Below, in pieces: positions 18,093 to 27,424 of a stretch of 29,121 nucleotides of DNA (position 1 is the first letter of the stretch; each line of letters begins with the position of its first letter). Under the pieces are notes generated by a model that saw only the letters and a list, made by a program, of their open reading frames with translations, had not been told where the DNA came from and ran no database searches. The position numbers and the translations under genes are program-made. Source of the DNA: Sulfurihydrogenibium sp. (GTDB lineage Bacteria; Aquificota; Aquificia; Aquificales; Hydrogenothermaceae); the NCBI GenBank assembly GCA_037442825.1, contig JBBIPN010000010.1, forward strand, positions 1 to 29,121, given 5' to 3'.

Positions 18093-19452
18093 AGGGAAGA
18101 TTAGAAAGATTCATTTTATAGGAATAGGTGGTTCTGGAATGAATGGAATAGCAGAAGTTTTACTTAATCTTGGATATACAGTTACAGGTTCTGATATAAA
18201 AGAATCTGCAACAACAAACCGTTTAAAAGAACTTGGAGCAAAGATATTTATAGGACATACTAAAGAAAATGTTAAAGATGTTGACGTTGTAGTGTACTCT
18301 TCAGCTGTAAAACCAGATAATCCGGAAGTAATAGAAGCAAAAGAAAGAGGTATTCCTACTATTCCAAGAGGTGAGATGCTATCAGAACTTATGAGATTTA
18401 AATATGGTATAGCCATTGCTGGAAGTCATGGAAAAACAACTACTACGTCAATGGTTGGTACTGTTTTAAGTAAAACAGGTTTTGACCCTACTGTTGTAAT
18501 TGGTGGTAAACTTGAAGCTTATGGAAGTAATGCTAAACTGGGAAGGGGAGAGTTTTTAGTAGCAGAATCTGATGAAAGTGATGGTTCATTTTTAAAACTT
18601 TCTCCTACTATCGTATCTATAAATAACATTGATTTAGAGCACTTAGGTTTTTACAAAGATATAGAAGATATAAAAAACGCATTTGTTCAGTTTGCAAATA
18701 AAGTACCCTTTTATGGAGCTGTTGCTGTCAATATAGATGATGAAAATGTTAAAAGTATAGTACCATTTATAGAGAGGAAAATAATAAAGTTTGGTCTTTC
18801 AGAACAAGCAGACATAAGAGCTACAGATTTAAAACTTGAAAATGGAAGATATAAATTTAAAGTTAATAACTTTGGAGAAATCCATTTATCTATTCCAGGT
18901 ATCCATAACGTTTATAATGCTCTTGCTACTATATCTATATGTAATGAACTTGATGTTCCTTTCTGTGTAATTAAAGAATCCTTAGAAAACTTTAAAAATG
19001 CTAAAAGAAGATTTGAGATTAAGTATTCAAATGATGTTGTTGTAATAGATGACTATGCACACCATCCAACAGAAATTAAAGCTACTTTAAAAGCAGCAAA
19101 AGATTACTTTGAAGATAAAAGAATTGTTTGTGTTTTTCAACCACATAGATACTCAAGGGTTTATTCACTTTTTGAAGAATTTACAAAAGCTTTTGATATA
19201 CCAGATATAACAATTATTACAGAAATATACTCTGCTGGCGAGAATCCAATAGAAGGTATTTCTGGTAAAATTTTAGCAGATAAAATTAGAGAGAAAGGAA
19301 AAACTGTTTACTATGTTGAAAATATAGCAGAAGCAGAAAACCTTTCAAGAAATATTATTAAAAAAGGAGATGTTATATTAACACTTGGAGCTGGTAATAT
19401 TACTCAACTTAGTGATTCTATTTCAAAATCTTTAAGTGAGAAAAATGGATAA
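18085..19452 (+). CDS. murC: UDP-N-acetylmuramate:L-alanine ligase
   Basis: HFIGIGGSGM, AGSHGKTTTT, ESDESD, DDYAHHPTEI, FQPHRYSR, GAGNI. Confidence 0.97.
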   Translation: MFRGKIRKIHFIGIGGSGMNGIAEVLLNLGYTVTGSDIKESATTNRLKELGAKIFIGHTKENVKDVDVVVYSSAVKPDNPEVIEAKERGIPTIPRGEMLSELMRFKYGIAIAGSHGKTTTTSMVGTVLSKTGFDPTVVIGGKLEAYGSNAKLGRGEFLVAESDESDGSFLKLSPTIVSINNIDLEHLGFYKDIEDIKNAFVQFANKVPFYGAVAVNIDDENVKSIVPFIERKIIKFGLSEQADIRATDLKLENGRYKFKVNNFGEIHLSIPGIHNVYNALATISICNELDVPFCVIKESLENFKNAKRRFEIKYSNDVVVIDDYAHHPTEIKATLKAAKDYFEDKRIVCVFQPHRYSRVYSLFEEFTKAFDIPDITIITEIYSAGENPIEGISGKILADKIREKGKTVYYVENIAEAENLSRNIIKKGDVILTLGAGNITQLSDSISKSLSEKNG

Positions 19453-20800
19453 GATAGTAAACAGATTTGTTAACAAAGATAATATGTCTCTTCTTACAGA
19501 CCTTTATGAGCTTACTATGGCTCAAGTTTACTATGAAAAAGGTTTAAAAGGTAAAGCAGTATTTAACTTTTTTATAAGACCTACACAAAAAAGAAATTAC
19601 TTTTTAAATGCTGGTTTAGAGTTTTTAATCGATTATCTGCTAAATATAAGGTTTACGAAAGAAGATATTGAGTTTTTAAGGTCAACAGGAAAATTTAAAG
19701 AAGATTTTTTAAATTATCTAAAAAATTTCAGATTTACTGGAAACCTTTACGCTGTAGATGAAGGGGAAATAATTTTTGCTAATGAACCTATTGTCCAGGT
19801 TGAAGCACCTTTGATAGAAGCACAGATAGTTGAAACATTTTTAATAAATACACTACAAATATCTATCTTAGTAGCAACTAAAGCTTTAAGATGTTATAGT
19901 GTTGCAAATAATAAAATGTTGGTTGATTTTGGACTTAGAAGAGCCCACGGTACAGATGCAGGTATAATCGCTGCAAGAAGTAGTTTTATCGGTGGATTTA
20001 ACGGAACATCAAATGTCCTTGCTAGTAAATTTTTTGATATTCCATGTTATGGAACAATGGCCCACTCATTTGTAATGGCTCATGATAACGAAGAAAAAGC
20101 ATTTGAAAACTTTGCAACAGTATATCCAGATAACACGATTTTTTTAGTAGATACATACAACACATTAAAAGGAATAGAAAATGCTATTAAAGTTGCTAAA
20201 AAGTTGGGCATAAGAATAAAAGGTATTAGGATAGACAGCGGAGAAATACCTACATTAGTAAAAGAAGCAAGGAAAATTTTAGATTTAAATGGTTTTAGAG
20301 ATACTATAATATTAGTTAGTGGTGGTGTTAATGAGTATACTATTAAAGATTATATACAAGATAAACATTTACCAATAGATGCTTTTGGTGTTGGTACTGA
20401 ACTTGTCACAAGTGCTGATTTGCCTTATTTAGACTGTGCATACAAATTAGTTGAGTATAATGGTGAGCCAGCTATGAAACTAAGCAGAAAAAAAATAACA
20501 TTACCTTACAAGAAGCAACTTTATAGAGAGTATAGAAATGGAATTATATTTAAAGATATTGTCAGTCATTTTGACGAAAACTGTGAAAATGCTGTGAAAA
20601 TGTTAAGACTTTACATTCAAAACGGAAATTTAGTGAAAAGTTTACCATCTTTAAAAGAAATAAGAGAGAAAGCTTTAATAAACTTTAAAACACTCCCTTC
20701 AACATTTAAATCTATAAATCAATATATGACTATAAATCCAGAGATATCATTTTTCTTAATGAAATCTGCAGAAGTTCTTAAAGAAAAATTAAGGAGATGA
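19445..20800 (+). CDS. pncB: Nicotinate phosphoribosyltransferase
   Basis: LLTDLYELTM, DFGLRRAHG, GTMAHS, LVDTY, GIRIDSG, GVGT, YKLV. Start at ATG 19445 or GTG 19436. Confidence 0.94.
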   Translation: MDKIVNRFVNKDNMSLLTDLYELTMAQVYYEKGLKGKAVFNFFIRPTQKRNYFLNAGLEFLIDYLLNIRFTKEDIEFLRSTGKFKEDFLNYLKNFRFTGNLYAVDEGEIIFANEPIVQVEAPLIEAQIVETFLINTLQISILVATKALRCYSVANNKMLVDFGLRRAHGTDAGIIAARSSFIGGFNGTSNVLASKFFDIPCYGTMAHSFVMAHDNEEKAFENFATVYPDNTIFLVDTYNTLKGIENAIKVAKKLGIRIKGIRIDSGEIPTLVKEARKILDLNGFRDTIILVSGGVNEYTIKDYIQDKHLPIDAFGVGTELVTSADLPYLDCAYKLVEYNGEPAMKLSRKKITLPYKKQLYREYRNGIIFKDIVSHFDENCENAVKMLRLYIQNGNLVKSLPSLKEIREKALINFKTLPSTFKSINQYMTINPEISFFLMKSAEVLKEKLRR

Positions 20801-21639
20801 ATATGAAGTTAGTTATATTCTTAACACTTCTCTTTATTAATATATCCTTTGCACAACTAAATATTACGACTACTATAAAACCGCTTGCTGATATTGCAAA
20901 AGGAGTTGGCGGTAACAAAGTTAATACAAAATATATTATTCCACCAAATTTAAACTTTCATAACTATGAGTATAAACCAAACGATATTAAATCTATTTAT
21001 GAAAGTGATCTATTTATATATGTTGGTACTGGTGAAGGAAATATTAATAATTTTGTAAAAAGTCTAAACAAAAGTAAAGTTTTCAAAGTAGTAGATATAA
21101 AAGGTATCTATATAATCAAAGAAAAAGACCACGATGAAATCCATCCAGCTTTATGGTTAAACTTAGATAATATAAAAGTTATAGCAAGATATGTTTATGA
21201 TTATTTAATAAAGGTAGATGTTAAAAATCAGAGTTATTACAAAGCCAATTTAGATAAATTTTTAAATAGTATAGACCAGCTTATAAAATATGGTAGAGAA
21301 AAACTATCTAAAGTAAAAAACAAAAATTTTGTTTCATACCATTATGAATTTCCTTATTTCGTAAATTTTTTTAATCTAAACTATTTAGCTGAGATAGAAA
21401 TGGGACATGGAAGAGAACCTGCATTAAAACATATTTTAGAGGTAATAGATAGGATAAAAAAATATAATGTTAAAACTATTTTTACGTCAAAACAGTTTTA
21501 CAATCGAAAGACAATTAATTTGGTTATTTCTCAAACAAATGCAAAAGTGGTATTTTTAGATATATTTGGAGAAAATAAAAACTATATTGAAATGATGAGA
21601 TTCAACATAGATAAAGTGTACGAAGGACTTAATTTATAG
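20797..21639 (+). CDS. Metal ABC transporter substrate-binding protein (ZnuA/TroA family)
   Basis: Signal peptide, TTIKPL, HNYEYKPND, YHYEFPYF, EP; no permease or ATPase gene adjacent. Confidence 0.88.
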   Translation: MNMKLVIFLTLLFINISFAQLNITTTIKPLADIAKGVGGNKVNTKYIIPPNLNFHNYEYKPNDIKSIYESDLFIYVGTGEGNINNFVKSLNKSKVFKVVDIKGIYIIKEKDHDEIHPALWLNLDNIKVIARYVYDYLIKVDVKNQSYYKANLDKFLNSIDQLIKYGREKLSKVKNKNFVSYHYEFPYFVNFFNLNYLAEIEMGHGREPALKHILEVIDRIKKYNVKTIFTSKQFYNRKTINLVISQTNAKVVFLDIFGENKNYIEMMRFNIDKVYEGLNL

Positions 21640-21642
21640 TTT

Positions 21643-22380
21643 ATGGAATACTACTTAAATTTAGAACTTAAAAAGCCTTACCTTGTTGTTGGTGATATTC
21701 ATGGCTGTTTTTACGAATTTAAAAAGCTTATCAATATATCTTATGAAAAGTATGGACCAGAAACTGTTTTTATATCTGTAGGAGATACAATAGATAGAGG
21801 ACCTTTAAATATTAAAGCACTACTTTTTACAATAGAGTTATTTAAGAAAGGAAAGTATTTTGAAGTAAAAAGTAATCATTTAGATAAATTCGTAAGATGG
21901 CTTAAAGGAAATGATGTAAATGTTTCCTACGGAATGCAAAAAACTATTGAAGAGTTTTTATCCTATAATAAAGAGATTCAAGAAGATATAAAAGAAAAAG
22001 TAATAAACTACTATGAAAATTTGCCACTTTACTTAATAATAAACAACAATGTAGTTGTAGCCCATGCTGGAATAAAGGATGAGTTTATAGGTAGAGTAGA
22101 CAAAAAAGTAAAAAGTTTTGTTTTATATGGAGAAACTACAGGTAGATATACAGAAAGGGGTTTTCCAGAAAGAGTTGATTGGGCTAAAGATAGAAAAATA
22201 AGTAAAAATTCTCCAAAAATCGTTTATGGACACGTAGTTTATGATGAACCTTATATAAACAATCTGTGTTATGGAATAGATACAGGGGCATGTTTAGGTA
22301 ATAAACTTACTGGTTATAATCCAGAAAAAGAAGAGTTTATATTTGTTAAATCTGAAAAAGTTTATTATTCTTTTGATTAA
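21643..22380 (+). CDS. Metallophosphoesterase, PrpE/Pnkp-phosphatase-like
   Basis: GDIHG, GDTIDRG, SNH, AHAG, LYGETTG, YGH, IDTG. Confidence 0.9.
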   Translation: MEYYLNLELKKPYLVVGDIHGCFYEFKKLINISYEKYGPETVFISVGDTIDRGPLNIKALLFTIELFKKGKYFEVKSNHLDKFVRWLKGNDVNVSYGMQKTIEEFLSYNKEIQEDIKEKVINYYENLPLYLIINNNVVVAHAGIKDEFIGRVDKKVKSFVLYGETTGRYTERGFPERVDWAKDRKISKNSPKIVYGHVVYDEPYINNLCYGIDTGACLGNKLTGYNPEKEEFIFVKSEKVYYSFD

Positions 22381-23474
22381 TAAGATTTTTTTATCTCAAA
22401 GATAGCCACATCTGGTGGACAACCAATTCTAATAGGTGGTCCACCTGTACCTACACCACGACTAACATATACATAACTATTACCAATTTTTAAAAACCCA
22501 TAATCAATAACAAATATTTTTCTTAAGATATATTTAATAGGAAACAAAACACCACCATGAGTATGTCCAGAAAGCATCAAATCAAATCTTCCTATTAATC
22601 TATAATCTAAATCAGGTTGATGTTTTAGAAAAATAATAAATTTGTCCTTTTTTACTTGATCAAACAAAATATCCTCAAGTATTAATTTTTTAATTTTAAA
22701 CCTTTCTGCTTCAATATCATCAACACCTACCATAGTTATATTTCCAATAGATAAAACACTATCTCTTAAAATTTTAAATCCAGCTTTTTCTGTAAACTCT
22801 ATCGCTTGATTCACACCTGCGTAGTATTCATGATTACCTAAAATAGCATATTTACCAAGAGGTGGGTTTATCATCTTTAATAAAGATACATAACTTTCCT
22901 TATTTTTAATATTTCCATCAACCAAATCACCTGTTGATATAACAATATCTGGTTTCTCTTTTTTATAAACATCTAAGATAAGCTTTATTTTATCTTCCTT
23001 CATCACTTGGTTTAGATGTAAGTCTGATATATGAAGTATTTTTATATTTTTATCTAATTTGTTTGAGTATATTTCAAATCTATTTACTGTAAGATGTAAT
23101 GTTTCGTTATATCCATAAGCTAAAGAGATAAATGTAAATGAAACAACTATTGTATAGGCTAATTTATTGTTTAATGTTGGCAGTGGATTATGACCAGTTA
23201 TTTTATGTACTACTTTTAATAGTAGATGATAAAGATCTATAATTAAATAATAAATTGAAAAAAGTATAATAAAGCCCATCCACATTAAAATGAAAAAAGA
23301 GAAAAAATAAGAATCATAACCAGCTTTATCATAAAACCTGTAAACAAAAGGTGAAAAGGTCATTAATGTAATTGAGTACATTCCTATTGATTTTTTCCCA
23401 TAAATACCTATCATTTTTTTAATGAAATAAATATGCATTAAAAAATAAAGTGAAAAAAATATAAATAAAAACAT
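22377..23474 (-). CDS. Membrane-bound metallophosphoesterase (YkuE/YaeI-like)
   Basis: N-terminal TM helices; SDLH, TGDLVD, GNHE, HQP, SGHTHGG, VSRGVG. Confidence 0.92.
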   Translation of the reverse strand: MFLFIFFSLYFLMHIYFIKKMIGIYGKKSIGMYSITLMTFSPFVYRFYDKAGYDSYFFSFFILMWMGFIILFSIYYLIIDLYHLLLKVVHKITGHNPLPTLNNKLAYTIVVSFTFISLAYGYNETLHLTVNRFEIYSNKLDKNIKILHISDLHLNQVMKEDKIKLILDVYKKEKPDIVISTGDLVDGNIKNKESYVSLLKMINPPLGKYAILGNHEYYAGVNQAIEFTEKAGFKILRDSVLSIGNITMVGVDDIEAERFKIKKLILEDILFDQVKKDKFIIFLKHQPDLDYRLIGRFDLMLSGHTHGGVLFPIKYILRKIFVIDYGFLKIGNSYVYVSRGVGTGGPPIRIGCPPDVAIFEIKKSY

Positions 23475-23549
23475 AATACCTCCTAATTAAAATAAAAATA
23501 GGATAAAATATAATAATTAATTATTTATCTATTACAATAGGGTGTAAAT

Positions 23550-23771
23550 ATGATAGGAAAAATTGTTTGGGAAGCTTTATCTGTTGCACTTTTACTTTAT
23601 GGTGCTTATTTAACTTATGTTTATCTTTGGTTTAGTATGTTTAGAATATGGAGTGTAGATATAACAGTTTCTAAAGTAATATCTGGAATCTTAGTTTTTA
23701 CTATAGTTGTTATATCAGCGGTCAGATGGTTTATAAAGAAATATAGTGAACTTGGGAAAAAGGAAACTTAA
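23550..23771 (+). CDS. Small two-TM hypothetical protein
   Basis: Two hydrophobic helices; first gene of a closely spaced three-gene run. Confidence 0.75.
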   Translation: MIGKIVWEALSVALLLYGAYLTYVYLWFSMFRIWSVDITVSKVISGILVFTIVVISAVRWFIKKYSELGKKET

Positions 23772-23774
23772 AAA

Positions 23775-23978
23775 ATGTTTCAAGAGATAGATGAAAATTT
23801 TTATATTCTGATGGAAAATATAGCTGGTGTTAAATTAATACAGGAAGAAGATAAATATGTATGGATTTTTTATACAAACCATCCACAACCTCTTAAATCA
23901 AAAAGCTTTGAAACAAAAGAAGAAGCTGTCATCTGGTTTAGAAATATAAAGTATGCTTATTATAAAAGGAAAGAATGA
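23775..23978 (+). CDS. Hypothetical protein (67 aa)
   Basis: AAGGA RBS; ATGA overlap with the GGDEF-EAL gene. Confidence 0.75.
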   Translation: MFQEIDENFYILMENIAGVKLIQEEDKYVWIFYTNHPQPLKSKSFETKEEAVIWFRNIKYAYYKRKE

Positions 23979-25945
23979 TGTTTCTACATGATGCTAAACA
24001 AAATATAGAAATTTTATGCGAAGTAATTGATAAATCTCCAGATATAATTTTTACAATAGATTTAAATGGACATATCATTTACTGTAATGAAACATTTTCA
24101 AATTTACTTGGTTATTCAAAAGAAGAAATAGTTGGAAAACATGTTAGAGAGTTTGCTGTAGAAGAAGAAATATATAATACTTGTATGTTAAATGTAAAAT
24201 CAACAGGGAAATGTTTGGACCAGGAAACATTCTTTCGAAAAAAAGATGGAACATTACTCTATGTAGTAAAAAATGTTAATGCTGTCTATGATTATAATGG
24301 AAATATATCTTACCTTATTATTAATGCTAGAGATTTAACATATATAGATGAGTTAAATAGAAGTTTATTACACATTACAAAACTTTATGAGGAAAATCTT
24401 AAAGTAATATATCAAATTTTTTTAAATATAAAAGAAGCTGTATGGATAATTGATGCTCAAGGATACTATGTAGATCAAAATAAAGCACATGAAGAACTTT
24501 TAGGTTATTCTTTAGAAGAGTTAAGAGATAAAACACCAGCTGTTTACATGTCTGAAGAAACGTTTGATAAAGTTTTGTTAAATATAACAGAAAAAGGTTC
24601 TTATTTTGGAGAAATAAAAGTAAAAGATAAATTTGGAAATATAAAGGATGTTGAACTTTTTGCTTTTCCTATAAGAGATGAAAAAAGTAATATTATCTAT
24701 TATGTAGGGATAAAAAGAGATGTTACTAAAGAAAAAGAAATCTTTTATACTGATAAATTAACGAATCTACCTAATCGTTTAAAGCTTATTGAAGATATAA
24801 AAATTTATAAAGATTCAAAGTTGCTTCTTATAAATGTAGATTCTTTTAAAGAGATTAATGATGTTTATGGTTATGAAATTGGTGATAGAGTAATAAAAGC
24901 TTTAGCAGATAGGATTAAATCTTTCTGTGAAAATTATTATTACAATGTATATAGATTGGCTGGTGATGAGTTTGCTGTACTTATCAATAGATATATTGAA
25001 GATAAATCCTTACATCTATTTGTAAATGAACTTATTAATTACATAGAATCAGTGCCTATACAAATAGAAGATTTTGAAGTTAAGTTAGATATAACTATTG
25101 GAGTTTCTGAAGGAAATGAAAAAGATTACAAAAATCTAATAGAAAGGGCAGATATGGCTCTAAACTATGCAAGACAGCATAAGAAACCTTACGTTATCTA
25201 TACAGAAGAGTTGGAAATACAGAAGAAATATCAAGAAAATCAAATGTTTATACAAAGATTAAAAGATGCAATAAAAAATGATTATTTTGTTGTTTATTAT
25301 CAACCTATAATAAATAACTATACAGGGAAAGTTGAAAAGTATGAAAGTTTAATAAGAATGAAGTTAGATGATAAAATAATCTCTCCTTTCTTATTTTTAA
25401 ATGTAGCAAAAAAATCAAAATTGTATCCAGCTATAACAACGAAAGTAATAGATGAAGCTTTAAAATTAGCTGAAAAATATGAGATATCTGTTAATTTATC
25501 AGTATTAGATATTCTCAATGAAGATATGAAAAATTATATAATTGATAAGATAAAAAAAGGAAAGTATAAGCTTACAGTTGAGATTTTAGAATCAGAAGGT
25601 ATTGAGAATTATGAAAAAGTTAAAACGTTTATAGATATATTAAAAGAATTTAACTGTAAAGTAGCGTTAGATGATTTTGGATGTGGATATTCAAATTTTG
25701 GACATACCTTAAAATTAGGTGTTGATTTTTTAAAGATAGATGGTTCTCTTATAAGAGATATAGATAAAAATTATCAATCTCAAGTTATTGTTGAAACTAT
25801 AGTAAACTTTGCCAAAAAACTTGGTATCAAAACTGTTGCTGAGTTTGTCCACTCTAAAGAAGTTTTTGAAAAAGTAAAAGAGATTGGTATAGATTACTCA
25901 CAAGGATTCTACTTAGGAGAACCAAAGCCACATCTAGTTACCTAA
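23975..25945 (+). CDS. PAS-PAS-GGDEF-EAL c-di-GMP enzyme
   Basis: Two PAS domains (LLGYS..E..GK/DK), DKLTNLPNR, FKEINDVYG, RLAGDEF, YQPI, YESLIR, DDFGCGYS, LKIDG, VAEFV, QGFYLGEP. Confidence 0.95.
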   Translation: MMFLHDAKQNIEILCEVIDKSPDIIFTIDLNGHIIYCNETFSNLLGYSKEEIVGKHVREFAVEEEIYNTCMLNVKSTGKCLDQETFFRKKDGTLLYVVKNVNAVYDYNGNISYLIINARDLTYIDELNRSLLHITKLYEENLKVIYQIFLNIKEAVWIIDAQGYYVDQNKAHEELLGYSLEELRDKTPAVYMSEETFDKVLLNITEKGSYFGEIKVKDKFGNIKDVELFAFPIRDEKSNIIYYVGIKRDVTKEKEIFYTDKLTNLPNRLKLIEDIKIYKDSKLLLINVDSFKEINDVYGYEIGDRVIKALADRIKSFCENYYYNVYRLAGDEFAVLINRYIEDKSLHLFVNELINYIESVPIQIEDFEVKLDITIGVSEGNEKDYKNLIERADMALNYARQHKKPYVIYTEELEIQKKYQENQMFIQRLKDAIKNDYFVVYYQPIINNYTGKVEKYESLIRMKLDDKIISPFLFLNVAKKSKLYPAITTKVIDEALKLAEKYEISVNLSVLDILNEDMKNYIIDKIKKGKYKLTVEILESEGIENYEKVKTFIDILKEFNCKVALDDFGCGYSNFGHTLKLGVDFLKIDGSLIRDIDKNYQSQVIVETIVNFAKKLGIKTVAEFVHSKEVFEKVKEIGIDYSQGFYLGEPKPHLVT

Positions 25946-26513
25946 AATTTTTAACTATATTATCTTTTACTGAATCTATAAAATCAGAAAGTTTTATATT
26001 TATGCTTTCGTTTTCTAAAGAAGTAGCTGTATAACCTTCTAAGTTACATGGTTTTATTTTATTGAACTTTGTTAAATCTACAGAGTGATTAACAGCAACT
26101 CCATGTAAAGAATATCCATCGCTAAACCTAAATCCTACAGATGCTAACTTTCTATTTTCTATGTAGAAACCAGGATTTTTAAAGTCATGGTAGATATCTT
26201 TAGATAAATTTTCAAATACAGTATTAAAAGATTTAACTACTCTTTTATAAAAATTTTTAGGACTATCTACTTTAAAAACAAAGTAAAAAATAGGTTGTCC
26301 TGGACCATGAAATGTTATAGAACCGCCTCGATCTGTTTTTATAACAGGAACAGGAAAATTTCCTTTCTCATTTTGTCCAACAGTATACACGTCATAATGC
26401 TGGCATATTAAGAGATAGTTGTTTTTATCTTTTACTGCTTTTTTATGTAAACCTTTCATTATTTTTATTCCTTCATCATAATCAATAATACCAAGATTTA
26501 TTATTTCTATCAT
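25938..26513 (-). CDS. lipB: Octanoyltransferase
   Basis: QHYDVYTVG, RGGSITFHGPGQ, RKLASVG, HGVAVN, IKPC. Confidence 0.92.
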   Translation of the reverse strand: MIEIINLGIIDYDEGIKIMKGLHKKAVKDKNNYLLICQHYDVYTVGQNEKGNFPVPVIKTDRGGSITFHGPGQPIFYFVFKVDSPKNFYKRVVKSFNTVFENLSKDIYHDFKNPGFYIENRKLASVGFRFSDGYSLHGVAVNHSVDLTKFNKIKPCNLEGYTATSLENESINIKLSDFIDSVKDNIVKNFR

Positions 26514-26585
26514 TTTATCCTTTTTGAAATAAAAAATTTTCTTTATATATTATAAAAAGTTAAAAATATTTAAAAAGGTAAAAAA

Positions 26586-26747
26586 ATGGAAGAAAAAGAA
26601 TGTTTAAAATGTGGTTGTAAATATAACCTTGTAGAAGATCCAAATATAGAAGGTATCTATTTTTGTAAAGATTGTTGGGAAGAGAGAGAAAAAACAGAAG
26701 TTAATTATAAATGGGGATATGATGAATCTTTACCAGATGATGGTTAA
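26586..26747 (+). CDS. Small Cys4 zinc-finger-like protein, 53 aa (not in ORF track)
   Basis: MEEKECLKCGCKYNLVEDPNIEGIYFCKDCWEEREKTEVNYKWGYDESLPDDG*; AAGGT RBS, upstream TTGAAA-N16/18-TATATT/TATTAT, terminator right after the stop. Confidence 0.8.
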   Translation: MEEKECLKCGCKYNLVEDPNIEGIYFCKDCWEEREKTEVNYKWGYDESLPDDG

Positions 26748-26748
26748 A

Positions 26749-26766
26749 AAGGGGATAGTACCCCTT
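26749..26766. terminator. Probable bidirectional intrinsic terminator
   Basis: AAGGGG-ATAGTA-CCCCTT flanked by A- and T-rich tracts between convergent genes. Confidence 0.7.
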
Positions 26767-27391
26767 ATTTATTTTTTATTAGATATTCAACATCTGATAC
26801 TATTTTATCTACTGGTAAGTATATACCTTTGAAATCTTCTACTATATTTCCTTTTTTATCTATAATAAATGTAATCACTGGATTATGTGTTATCATTTTT
26901 TCATTACTACTATGTCCATGGTGATGCATGTGTTCACTACTTCCAGCTTCTACTTCTTTTACTTCAATACCATAGGCATTCCATGCTTTTTTAAGGTCTT
27001 CTTCTTTTCCTGTTAAAAATGTAAATTCATCAAGTTCTCTTGATTTTTTATATTCTTTTAAAATCTCTGGTTTATCTATTTTAGGATCTACTGTTATGAA
27101 AACAATTTTGTATTTATCTTTTAGCCCTTTTTCGTTAAGTTTTTCTGCTGCTTGTTTTAAAAATGCATTTACTGTAGGACATACATGTTTACAATTTGAA
27201 AATCCAAAGTACAAGATTACTATTTTTCCTTTAAAATCTTCTAACTTTGTAGCTTTACCTTCTTCATTAACAAGATTTTCAACTTCTGTTGCTTTTTTTG
27301 GATAACCTTTTACACTTCCTTGTAGAGAATAACTATAACTGTTTAATGAGAAAGTAAGAATTAAAAGAATGCTTAACACTTTTTTTAGCAT
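26765..27391 (-). CDS. SCO1/SenC-family copper chaperone
   Basis: Signal/TM anchor, YFGFSNCKHVCP (CxxxC), ITVDP, conserved His in ITHN, FIIDKKG; GGAGG RBS. Confidence 0.93.
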   Translation of the reverse strand: MLKKVLSILLILTFSLNSYSYSLQGSVKGYPKKATEVENLVNEEGKATKLEDFKGKIVILYFGFSNCKHVCPTVNAFLKQAAEKLNEKGLKDKYKIVFITVDPKIDKPEILKEYKKSRELDEFTFLTGKEEDLKKAWNAYGIEVKEVEAGSSEHMHHHGHSSNEKMITHNPVITFIIDKKGNIVEDFKGIYLPVDKIVSDVEYLIKNK

Positions 27392-27410
27392 CTTTAACCT
27401 CCAAATTTTA

Positions 27411-27424
27411 TTGATTTAAATCAT
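27411..27424. promoter_or_regulatory. FNR/CRP-family-like box upstream of SCO
   Basis: TTGAT-TTAA-ATCAT, 9/10 match to TTGAT-N4-ATCAA; contains the perfect palindrome TGATTTAAATCA. Confidence 0.4.

Noticed and set aside
23475..23549. ATAATTAATTAT palindrome in a divergent gap
   Set aside because: Pure A/T low-complexity sequence, expected by chance at this composition.
10767..27305. Short opposite-strand ORFs 10767-11015, 15948-16220, 17669-17965, 18111-18416, 25318-25518, 27096-27305
   Set aside because: All lie wholly antisense within well-supported genes.
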